Source: a virus (taxonomy: Duplodnaviria; Caudoviricetes). From it: a DNA stretch of 41,049 nucleotides. Shown here piece after piece: positions 20,772 through 29,436 of the stretch. A program made the position numbers and the translations under genes. The notes under the pieces are model-generated. The model ran no database searches and was not told the DNA's origin. It worked only from the letters and a program-made list of their open reading frames with translations. Location of the stretch: positions 1-41,049 of IMG/VR virus record IMGVR_UViG_3300017751_000049. The stretch is one strand, 5' to 3'. Position 1 is the first letter of the stretch, and each line of letters opens with the position of its first letter.

Positions 20772-23530
20772 AGATGGCTACAATAAATGACTCAATAACG
20801 GCTCTAGGAAAAATAGTTACAGACGCTATTACAGCAGGTGACACAAGCACACTTCCGGAAAAAGCAGTAAGAACAACACTAGTTAGAATTGCAACAGGCG
20901 CATATAAAGAAGTACTTCCAATTATGGTACCAGCAGAATGTTGTATAATGGGAGACGAACTACGTGCAACCAATGTACAACCTAGAACAATTTATAACTC
21001 CCCAGATTTAACACCAAAAACAGATTTTTGGTATTCGTATGCTGGCATGAATAGAATGCAAAATATTATTGGCGATGTTGTTAGTGGTGTAGCAGTTACA
21101 CCAACTACAGGCAACGCACTAGATCAAAATCAAACTTGGCCATATGCTTCAAATCCTCAAGCAAAAAATGCAACAGTAGATTTAGCAAGAAATATTAAAC
21201 GTAGATCAGACATTGGCTTAGGACTAAAACACGAAGTACGCAAAACACTTCCTCGTCCAGCAGACATGGCTACTCCAGCAAACGGTCATGCTAGAGATTT
21301 AATATGGAGAAACGTTGACTTTTTAAAGGATGAAGTTACAGCATATCTAACAGCAGAATATCCAGACTTAGATTATAGTAGAACTAAATGTAAACAAGAC
21401 GTTAACTTTATAATTGATGCACTAGCATACGATTTAACATATGGTGGTAACTGGCAAACACAAACAGCAGGACTTGCATATTACAATGGTGCTTCAGGAA
21501 CATTGCAAATTGATAGTGAAGAATTAACTGCAACACTTGCAGTATACAACTATCTAAAAGGTTTAATGCAAACTGTACAAAGAAATATTACAGTAACACC
21601 TGTTTATCAAACTAATTCTCCACAAATTATTGGTGAAGGTGGCGGTGCCACACAGTCAACAACAATTGGAACATTAATAGATGATATGCTTGATATTGTA
21701 GAAAACGGAACAGGACAAGCAAGTATTACTTACCCAGCACTAGTTGGTGTTGCCGCTGATAGACTTACAGCAAATACAAACGCTTTAGCTGGACTTGCAA
21801 GTATTCAAGAAACTACAATTGACTTTATTGCTAAAAACTTTGGTAGCTTCACATATGATGCGGCAAAATGTAGAAGAGATTTAAATTACATATTATCAGA
21901 TATTTCATATGATATGGTGTTTAACACAAATTATAATGCAGTATACGATGGTATAGCTTATCAAAGAGCAAACAGTCAATATTTATTAAGCGCACAAAAA
22001 ACAGAAACTATTGGTGCAATTAGACATGCAAGAAATTTAATGGTTCCTAATATTGTAGACGCAACAGCTAAGGCAAGATTTGAATCAGGAATGAATGAAA
22101 TTGTTGATGTTCTTAGAAATGGTACGTTATCAGCTACTGAACCAGGAGATGGAGTTGCAGATGCATTAGTATTTACTAACCCAACAGGTGGCGCGGCGGC
22201 TGACATTAGTGCTAAAAACTTACTAGTTGCAAATAGAGACTTTATTAAAGCAGACGTTGTAGCATATGTAGAAAATACTTATAATAGTCCTCCAGGATCA
22301 TTTGTATATAGTTCATCTAAGTGTTCAAGAGATATGGGCTATATTGTTGATGCATTAACTTACGATGTACTATATGGCACTAATATGGCATCAGTACGTA
22401 CAGCACATTCATACTTTGTTAACGGTACTACACAAGTATATGGACAAGAAGCTGAAACAGTAGCGGCTTATAATCATGCAAAATCAATTATATCACAAAT
22501 TGTACAAGAACAAACAGTAACAGCACAAGCAGGTAACGCAGAACTACAAACTACATTAGGTAGTGCTTCAACAGCAGGTGTTGCAACAGAACTAGGCGGA
22601 CTTTTAGATATCATATCAGACGCTATTACAGCTGGCAACACTAGTGGTTTACCTACTATAGTTTATCCAACTATTACAGGCGAATCAGCGGCATTACAAA
22701 CAGCACACGCGGCTGTTGCTACAAACCAAGCACAAAACATTGTTGATGTAATACAATACATTAGCGATACTTACAATGACTTTAACTACAATCATGCTAA
22801 ATGTCAACGTGATTTAGGATTGTTACTTGATGCGGCAAGATATGACTGGATGCTTGGCACTGAATATGCTAGTGTAATATCAGCACTCAGTTATCTACGT
22901 AGACCAAGTGCAAAAGTAACAGGCGACCAAAAAGATGCTACTATAGCGGCAAACGAATATGCAAGAGGCAAATTCCAAGACATTATTGACGGTGTGTCAG
23001 TTGATGCTTCTGAAAGTTTTGAAAAATCATGGGAATGGATACAAGATGCTATTTGGACAGGTAGTTCAGAAGGCGGCAACAGAGCATGTGAAGATCAAGA
23101 AGTATTTAATGCAATACGTATGCTAGAACTAAACAAAGACTTTATTGCTGAAGAAGTTGTTGCTTATGTAGAAGATTTCTTCCAAGCACAAGTTACAGAT
23201 ACAGTGGGTGCTAATCCAGGCGGAACATCAGACTTCCAAACTATTGATGATACTAGTTGGTTAGAAATTGGAATGCCAATAAGATATAGTATACAAGCAG
23301 GCGATACAGAAACAGATTTACAACAAAACTTATCTATACAAGATCAAATATATTATGTTAGAGAAGTATTAAGTAATACTACATTTAGAGTTGAAGATAA
23401 TCAAGGTAATATTGCATCCTTTACTGCGTCATCAACTACATATACAATTAAGAAAGATTATGCATATAATCAAGCTACGTGTAAACGTGATGTTAGAGAA
23501 TATGTAGATGCTATTAAATGGGATTTAGAA
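20382..23530 (+). repeat. Six helical repeats with C-x-[R/Q]-D motif (about 150-160 aa period)
   Basis: Cys codons at 20382 (KCERD), 21389 (KCKQD), 21869 (KCRRD), 22322 (KCSRD), 22802 (KCQRD) and 23480 (TCKRD), each followed by ...DA(L)xYD/WD-like sequence. Confidence 0.75.
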
Positions 23531-26500
23531 TGGCCACAACAGTTTGAAAGAAGTTATACTGATGGTGTAACACTTTATCGTCCAGGCGCTTACAAATCTA
23601 GAATGGCAGTTAGATATTATGTCAACAGTATAATAGGATCACAAGAAGAAGATTTCTATTACATGCGTAATGGTACAGGTCTACGTTTACAATCACTAGA
23701 TGGTCTAAACGGAGATCTAAGTCCAAACAACGAATTTGGAACTAAACGTCCAACAGCAGGTGCTTATGCATCGTTGGATCCAGGTTGGGGACCAGATGAT
23801 ACTAGAGTATGGATTAGTGCAAGATCACCATATATGCAAAACTGTTCATGTTTTGGTAATGCGGCAGTTGGACAAAAAATTGATGGCGCACTACACAATG
23901 GCGGTAATGACTCAATGGTGTCAAACGACTTTACACAGGTTATAAGTGATGGTATTGGAGCATGGATTACAAACAATGGTAGAGCAGAACTTGTGTCGGT
24001 GTTTACATACTACTCACATATTGGGTACTTGGCAGAGAATGGCGGACGTATACGTGCAACAAACGGTAACAACTCATATGGTAGCTTTGGCTCAGTAGCT
24101 GAAGGCGTTGATCCAGATGAAGTTCCAGTAACTGGTATTGTTGATAACATATCACAATATAATGCTACAATTAGTAACGTTGTTACAGATACTGATAGTC
24201 TGCTTGCATTAGAATATGCACATGCTGGTAACAATTATACAGAAGCGGCAGTAAACATATTTGGTGCTGGTACAGGCGAAATACTAGTAGCAGATGAATT
24301 TAGAGACGGCGCAGTTAATAGAGTTAAAGTTGACGAAACTACACCAGACACAGCAGGTGGTTCAGGATATACAGTTGTATCAAACACTGCACAAACAGGT
24401 ACTACAACAAGTATTAACTTAGCGGCAACAGACGGTGCTATATCAAGTGCGTATGTTGGAATGAGAGTGTATGTTACAGGTGGTGCGGCAGTAGGACAAT
24501 ATGCAACAATTGATACTTATAATTCAGGTTCAAAACTTGCTAACGTATTAAAGAACGACGGCAATCCAGGTTGGGAACACGTTATACCAGGAACACCAGT
24601 TATTGCTCCAAATGGATCTTCAACTTATCAAGTTGAGCCACATGTAGAGTTTAGTGCTCCAGCAAATTCACAAACTGATTACGGTAGCCTAGCAGGATCT
24701 GGCACCCATGCATTAATGCATTACTTTGAAACATCAGGACAATATATAAATGTTGCTACAACAACAAACGCTGACGGTAGTGGTGCAACATTTGATATAA
24801 CACGTAACGGTGAAAAATATTACGTAACAATTAACGGCGCAGGTCAAGAATATGTTCGTAATAATACAGTAACTATTCCAGGTACCTCAGTTGGTGGCTT
24901 GAGTCCGTTAAACGATATTACAGTAACAATAACAACTATTAATGCCGCAACAGGATCAATAGTTGACTTTGATATTGCAGGCATTGCTAAAAAAGGCGAG
25001 TACTTATTATTACAAACTAGTGGCGCAACATATAATATAGGTACTAATGGCGAAAGCTGGTCTACTCAAACATTTACTAGTGGCGGTCTTGCAACAAGAA
25101 GTGCGGCGTCAGGATTATTAGACGATGGATCATCCACATACAAACCAAGTTATATGGTAGCTGTAGGTAACAACACTCAACAAGCAAAATATACAGCAGA
25201 CGGTTCAAACTGGGTAAATGTTAATATAGGTGCTAACTTTGCATCTGGCGATAATGAAATAGCATTTGGCGGAAGTGCATTTGTTGTAGTTAACCCAAAT
25301 ACAACTGATACAGTATACAGTTTAAATGGCGGAGCAACTTGGACAACAGGTGGTTCATTACCAGGATCAGGATATCAAAGACTTACATACGGTATGGGAT
25401 TATTCATAGCAATGGATCCAGGAACTACTAACATTGCATGGAGTAACGATCTTGGATTAACATGGAATACAGCAAGTGATGTAACTGGATTAACTGCACG
25501 TAACTGGTTAGATGTTACATGGGGTAATGGTAGATTTGTAGCATTAAGTGATGCAGGTCAAACAGCAATTAGTTTCAATGGCGATACATGGATTGACGGT
25601 GGATCGTTCTCAACTACTACATCAACTAACAGACAACTAGCATACGGTCAAGGTGTATTTGTTACAGGCGGCGGAAACTCCGGCGGACAAACTTGGTACT
25701 CAGAAGACGGTATTAACTTTAGTCCATTAGGCAACGGAAACCCTGCAGACTTAGTAGCATTTGGTAATCCACAACAAAAAGGTAGATTTGTACAATCAGG
25801 TCTATCAGGTAGTGATACTACTGTTGCAGAAATTGGTGCGAGAGCTAGAGGTAGAGCAAGTGTTGCAAGTGAAAAAGTATTTGAAATAAGAATGACTGAA
25901 CCAGGAAGTAACTATGATGCAGGTAGTCCTCCAACACTTACACTTACTGATCCAGGAAACATTGATGATGTTGAATTAATTGTAAGAGTAGCAAACGGTT
26001 CACTAGCTAACCCATCATTTGTTAATAGAGGTACTAACTTTATTACAGCAAGTGCTGAAATTAACGATGATGATTCAAACGGTGGAGCAGACTTCTTCCA
26101 AAGTGGTCAGTTTGTTGCTGTAAGTCGTTTAACACAACGTCCAGTAAGTGGTTCAAACGTTACATTTGATAGTATACCAGGCAAAACGTTTAAACTAGTT
26201 AACACAGTATCATTTAGAGGACTAAACGACGGATCATATACAGCGTTCTTACAGTTATCACCAATAATGAGTATTGCAGACGCACCAGTAGATAAAGATC
26301 CAGTAACAATGCGTATTAGATTTAGTCAGGTACGTTTAACAGGACATGACTTCCTAGACATTGGTACAGGCGGATTTGTAAGTACCAACTATCCAGGATT
26401 ACCAGCTATACAACCAGACGCTAATAGAGAAACACAAGACGCTAACGGTGGACGAGTATTCTTTACAAGTACTGACCAAGATGGTAACTTTAGAGTTGGC

Positions 26501-26887
26501 GACTTATTCCAAATTGAACAGGCAACAGGTGTTGCAACATTGAATGCTGATGCATTTAACATTGCAGGACTACAAGAACTTACACTAGGTGAAGTTACAC
26601 TTGGTGGTAACTCTGCGGCGGTTAGTGAATTTAGTACAGACCCATTCTTTACTGCAAACAGTGATAGTGTTGTACCAACACAGCGAGCAGTTAAAGCATA
26701 CATCGAAGCACAAATTGGTGGCGGTGGCGCACAGCTAAACGTGAACAGTGTTACAGCTGGTGACATCTTTGTAAACACCAATCAAATTACAACGGTGTCC
26801 GGAGAGAAGATAAATATCAATGCGAACGTAAACTTTACTAAAACTGTACTTGGTTTACCAATAGCATACAACTATTTCTTGAGATAA
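20774..26887 (+). CDS. Virion fibre protein B', C-terminal part (2037 aa): helical CxRD repeats, beta-helix region, BNR propeller
   Basis: GGAGGAGG RBS. Colinear with the remainder of ORF 13237 (GDELRAT, SLDPGWGPDD, NDFTQV-SDGIGAW, GHDFLDIGTG, STDQDGNFR, EFSTDP). Asp-box repeats present. Confidence 0.78.
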   Translation: MATINDSITALGKIVTDAITAGDTSTLPEKAVRTTLVRIATGAYKEVLPIMVPAECCIMGDELRATNVQPRTIYNSPDLTPKTDFWYSYAGMNRMQNIIGDVVSGVAVTPTTGNALDQNQTWPYASNPQAKNATVDLARNIKRRSDIGLGLKHEVRKTLPRPADMATPANGHARDLIWRNVDFLKDEVTAYLTAEYPDLDYSRTKCKQDVNFIIDALAYDLTYGGNWQTQTAGLAYYNGASGTLQIDSEELTATLAVYNYLKGLMQTVQRNITVTPVYQTNSPQIIGEGGGATQSTTIGTLIDDMLDIVENGTGQASITYPALVGVAADRLTANTNALAGLASIQETTIDFIAKNFGSFTYDAAKCRRDLNYILSDISYDMVFNTNYNAVYDGIAYQRANSQYLLSAQKTETIGAIRHARNLMVPNIVDATAKARFESGMNEIVDVLRNGTLSATEPGDGVADALVFTNPTGGAAADISAKNLLVANRDFIKADVVAYVENTYNSPPGSFVYSSSKCSRDMGYIVDALTYDVLYGTNMASVRTAHSYFVNGTTQVYGQEAETVAAYNHAKSIISQIVQEQTVTAQAGNAELQTTLGSASTAGVATELGGLLDIISDAITAGNTSGLPTIVYPTITGESAALQTAHAAVATNQAQNIVDVIQYISDTYNDFNYNHAKCQRDLGLLLDAARYDWMLGTEYASVISALSYLRRPSAKVTGDQKDATIAANEYARGKFQDIIDGVSVDASESFEKSWEWIQDAIWTGSSEGGNRACEDQEVFNAIRMLELNKDFIAEEVVAYVEDFFQAQVTDTVGANPGGTSDFQTIDDTSWLEIGMPIRYSIQAGDTETDLQQNLSIQDQIYYVREVLSNTTFRVEDNQGNIASFTASSTTYTIKKDYAYNQATCKRDVREYVDAIKWDLEWPQQFERSYTDGVTLYRPGAYKSRMAVRYYVNSIIGSQEEDFYYMRNGTGLRLQSLDGLNGDLSPNNEFGTKRPTAGAYASLDPGWGPDDTRVWISARSPYMQNCSCFGNAAVGQKIDGALHNGGNDSMVSNDFTQVISDGIGAWITNNGRAELVSVFTYYSHIGYLAENGGRIRATNGNNSYGSFGSVAEGVDPDEVPVTGIVDNISQYNATISNVVTDTDSLLALEYAHAGNNYTEAAVNIFGAGTGEILVADEFRDGAVNRVKVDETTPDTAGGSGYTVVSNTAQTGTTTSINLAATDGAISSAYVGMRVYVTGGAAVGQYATIDTYNSGSKLANVLKNDGNPGWEHVIPGTPVIAPNGSSTYQVEPHVEFSAPANSQTDYGSLAGSGTHALMHYFETSGQYINVATTTNADGSGATFDITRNGEKYYVTINGAGQEYVRNNTVTIPGTSVGGLSPLNDITVTITTINAATGSIVDFDIAGIAKKGEYLLLQTSGATYNIGTNGESWSTQTFTSGGLATRSAASGLLDDGSSTYKPSYMVAVGNNTQQAKYTADGSNWVNVNIGANFASGDNEIAFGGSAFVVVNPNTTDTVYSLNGGATWTTGGSLPGSGYQRLTYGMGLFIAMDPGTTNIAWSNDLGLTWNTASDVTGLTARNWLDVTWGNGRFVALSDAGQTAISFNGDTWIDGGSFSTTTSTNRQLAYGQGVFVTGGGNSGGQTWYSEDGINFSPLGNGNPADLVAFGNPQQKGRFVQSGLSGSDTTVAEIGARARGRASVASEKVFEIRMTEPGSNYDAGSPPTLTLTDPGNIDDVELIVRVANGSLANPSFVNRGTNFITASAEINDDDSNGGADFFQSGQFVAVSRLTQRPVSGSNVTFDSIPGKTFKLVNTVSFRGLNDGSYTAFLQLSPIMSIADAPVDKDPVTMRIRFSQVRLTGHDFLDIGTGGFVSTNYPGLPAIQPDANRETQDANGGRVFFTSTDQDGNFRVGDLFQIEQATGVATLNADAFNIAGLQELTLGEVTLGGNSAAVSEFSTDPFFTANSDSVVPTQRAVKAYIEAQIGGGGAQLNVNSVTAGDIFVNTNQITTVSGEKININANVNFTKTVLGLPIAYNYFLR

Positions 26888-26904
26888 GATAGGAGCAATA
26901 AAAA

Positions 26905-27225
26905 ATGTCAAATGGAGTATTAGGAGCAAGTGACTTATCAGCGGCAACGGATACGATTGTGTATTCAGTTCCAACTGATACGTTTGCAGTAATAACTATT
27001 AACGTAGTTAACAGGGGAGCAAGTACTTGTACGATAAGAATAGCGTTAGCAACTGCAAATACCCCAAACAACAGCGAATACATTGAGTATGAAGCACAAG
27101 TATTACCCGGCGGTGTACTTGAAAGAACTGGTGTCGTTGTTGAAGCAGATCGTAACGTAATTGTTAGGTCTAGTGCCGCAAACGCTGGCGCTATGGTCTA
27201 CGGTTTAGAAACAGCAACAGCATAA
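26905..27225 (+). CDS. Small beta-sandwich virion connector-like protein, paralog 3 (106 aa)
   Basis: VYSVP...INVVN...LPGGVLERTGVVV...YGLET. AGGAG RBS. Confidence 0.65.
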   Translation: MSNGVLGASDLSAATDTIVYSVPTDTFAVITINVVNRGASTCTIRIALATANTPNNSEYIEYEAQVLPGGVLERTGVVVEADRNVIVRSSAANAGAMVYGLETATA

Positions 27226-27238
27226 TAGGGAAAGTATA

Positions 27239-27691
27239 ATGGGCAGAAATGTTAGTTTAGGAATATATCCGAGTAATTTAAAAACACTGATTGGTAGAGA
27301 ATCTGACAGACCAGCTTCTACTAATGCTGGTGTTCAATTTTACAACACTGATACCGATCAGTTAGAAATTTATAACGGTGACGGCTGGCATCCTGTTAGA
27401 GACACTCTAGCTGTTTCAGCTGTTAGTAGTAGTAGTAATTTAGTATCTAATAGAAATTATTGGGTTACAGGTAACGGGTTAACACTTACATTACCTTCAG
27501 CACCTAATGCTTACGATACAATTAAAATTACAGATACTACTGGTAATATACAGTCATCAAATCTTACTATTGGCCGTAACGGTAAAAATATTATGGGCTC
27601 AGCTGATGATATGTTACTAGATACAAATGGAGCATCAGTAACTTTAGTGTATTACGATAGTACTAGAGGTTGGACTTTAGAAGCAATTTAA
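27239..27691 (+). CDS. Tail-fibre linker protein (150 aa), T4 gp34 N-terminal-repeat-like domain
   Basis: RP...FYNTDTDQLEIYNGDGW followed by TLTLPSAP...D..GN...NLTIGRNGKNIMG...DMLLDT...VTLVY...GW, a motif typical of long-tail-fibre proximal repeats. Confidence 0.6.
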   Translation: MGRNVSLGIYPSNLKTLIGRESDRPASTNAGVQFYNTDTDQLEIYNGDGWHPVRDTLAVSAVSSSSNLVSNRNYWVTGNGLTLTLPSAPNAYDTIKITDTTGNIQSSNLTIGRNGKNIMGSADDMLLDTNGASVTLVYYDSTRGWTLEAI

Positions 27692-27704
27692 GGATAATAG
27701 TAAT

Positions 27705-28553
27705 ATGGCGTTTAGTTACCAATCATTAAAGAGATTAACTGGAAATTCATTTTTATCAGAAACCATTAGTACGGCTAATTTAGCTAATACAACAGTGGAT
27801 ACAGGCACTATAGCAAATAATGCTGTAACAGCAGATAAACTTGCAAATAGTTCAGTTAATGTAACAACTAACGTTGTTACAGGTACATTGCCAATATCAA
27901 AAGGTGGTTTAGGTACTAGCAGTTTTAGTGGCGCTAATCAAGCAATTACAAGTAATGGATCAGGATTAAGTACTACACCACATGGTATTTACGGAATGCA
28001 AGTTTGGACAAGTAGTGGTACTTGGAGCAGACCTGGAAACGTTAGATATATTAAAGTGCAAGTACAAGCATCAGGTGGCGGCGCAAGTGGTCATGGTGAA
28101 AGTGGTGGATCAGGTGGCTACTCAGAACGTATTTTAAGTGTTACTGGTATTAGTTCAGTTAGTATTAGTATTAGTGGCGAAGGTAGTGGAACATATTATT
28201 CAGGCGCAGGCGGAAACGCAGGCGGAACGTCATTTGGCAACTATTGTAGTGCAAGTGGCGGCTATGGAGCAAATAGAAATAACCAGCACTCAGGTGGTTT
28301 AGGTGGAGTAGGCTCCGGCGGTAATTTAAATTTACATAGTGGCGGCGGCGGAAGTCATCACCAAAGAACAGGTATTGGGGGTAGTAGTTACTGGGGAGGC
28401 TCTATTGCAGGAGGCCACCCACAAGGTGGACATTTTAGTCACAGGCATGAAGGTCATGGTGCTCCGGGCTCAGGTGGTGCAGGTGGCTACTTTACAGGAC
28501 ACAGAGGTTCAAACGGACTTAGAGGAATGGTTGTTGTAACCATGTATTATTAA
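27705..28553 (+). CDS. Gly/His-rich fibre-tip/adhesin-like protein, paralog 1 (282 aa)
   Basis: Short shaft (AVTADKLA, LPISKGG) plus a glycine-rich domain (WTSSGTW..P...GGGASGHGESGGSGGYSE...GxxGMVVV) with a GHPQGGHFSHRHEGH motif. Confidence 0.72.
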   Translation: MAFSYQSLKRLTGNSFLSETISTANLANTTVDTGTIANNAVTADKLANSSVNVTTNVVTGTLPISKGGLGTSSFSGANQAITSNGSGLSTTPHGIYGMQVWTSSGTWSRPGNVRYIKVQVQASGGGASGHGESGGSGGYSERILSVTGISSVSISISGEGSGTYYSGAGGNAGGTSFGNYCSASGGYGANRNNQHSGGLGGVGSGGNLNLHSGGGGSHHQRTGIGGSSYWGGSIAGGHPQGGHFSHRHEGHGAPGSGGAGGYFTGHRGSNGLRGMVVVTMYY

Positions 28554-28565
28554 TAAGGAATCAAA

Positions 28566-29420
28566 ATGGCATTTAGTTATCAAACATTAAAGCGAATTAC
28601 AGGAACAGCAATCGTTGATGATACATTAACAGGCGCAGACCTTGCCGACGGACTTGTTAGTAATCAAAAGATTGTTGGTGCTAACGTAACGTCAGCAAAA
28701 ATAGATACAAATGCAGTAAACATGGGATCAAATGTTGTTACAGGAACAACACCCACAAGCAAAGGCGGAACTGGCAGAACAACAGTCGGTAGTGCAAATC
28801 AATTATTTACAGTTAACAGCTCAGGAAACGGAACAACATTTAGTAATCACGGCATATACGGAATGAGTGTATATACAGGCGGTGGTACTTGGTCTAAACC
28901 AAGTGGTGTTAGGTATGTTAAAGTACAAGTGCAAGGTGCCGGAGGCGGTGGATCAGGTCATGGTGAAAGTGGTGGATCAGGTGGCTACTCAGAAAGAATT
29001 ATTGATGTAACTGGTGTAAACTCAGTATCAATTGGTGTAGGCGGTGCTGGTAGTGGAACATATTATTCAGGTGCAGGCGGCAATTCAAGTGGTAGTTCAT
29101 TTGGCAACTACTGTAGTGCAAGTGGCGGTTATGGAGCAAATAGAAATAACCAACACTCGGGCGGACTTGGTGGCGTAGGTTCAGGTGGAACATTAAATAT
29201 TTACGGTGGTGGCGGACAACCACATCATACACGTTCATCAGTGGGCGGACAGAATTTTTGGGGAGGAGCAGTTGCGGCTGGTCACCCACAAGGCGGACAT
29301 TTTAGTCACAGACACGAAAGTCATGCATCACCAGGTGCTGGCGGATCAGGTGGTTATTTTACAGGACATCGCGGAGCAAATGGCAGAAACGGCATGGTAG
29401 TTGTCGTTATGTACTACTAA
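28566..29420 (+). CDS. Gly/His-rich fibre-tip/adhesin-like protein, paralog 2 (284 aa)
   Basis: MAFSYQTLKR N-terminus and the same glycine-rich domain. AAGGA RBS. Confidence 0.72.
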   Translation: MAFSYQTLKRITGTAIVDDTLTGADLADGLVSNQKIVGANVTSAKIDTNAVNMGSNVVTGTTPTSKGGTGRTTVGSANQLFTVNSSGNGTTFSNHGIYGMSVYTGGGTWSKPSGVRYVKVQVQGAGGGGSGHGESGGSGGYSERIIDVTGVNSVSIGVGGAGSGTYYSGAGGNSSGSSFGNYCSASGGYGANRNNQHSGGLGGVGSGGTLNIYGGGGQPHHTRSSVGGQNFWGGAVAAGHPQGGHFSHRHESHASPGAGGSGGYFTGHRGANGRNGMVVVVMYY

Positions 29421-29424
29421 AGGA

Positions 29425-29432
29425 TATAAATA
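29425..29432 (+). promoter_or_regulatory. T4-like late promoter (TATAAATA)
   Basis: Perfect consensus in the 16-nt gap between paralogs 2 and 3, 4 nt before ATG 29437. Confidence 0.7.
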
Positions 29433-29436
29433 CGTT

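Noticed and set aside
20660-20781. Intron, intein or T4 gene-60-like ribosomal hop at the fibre split (GGCTAC repeated at 20763 and 20776)
   Set aside because: The region is too short for a self-splicing intron, and the repeated hexamer is read in different codon phases so it gives no matched take-off/landing codon. A strong RBS explains independent initiation.
3506-26781. Many minus-strand ORFs of 60-225 aa in the ORF track
   Set aside because: They lie antisense to long genes, mostly in register with their codons, and have no RBS or recognisable motifs. They are shadows of biased codon usage in repetitive fibre genes.
29401-29436. Annotated TTG start of the third Gly-rich gene
   Set aside because: Paralog alignment places the start at ATG 29437, and the extension overlaps the previous gene and a promoter.
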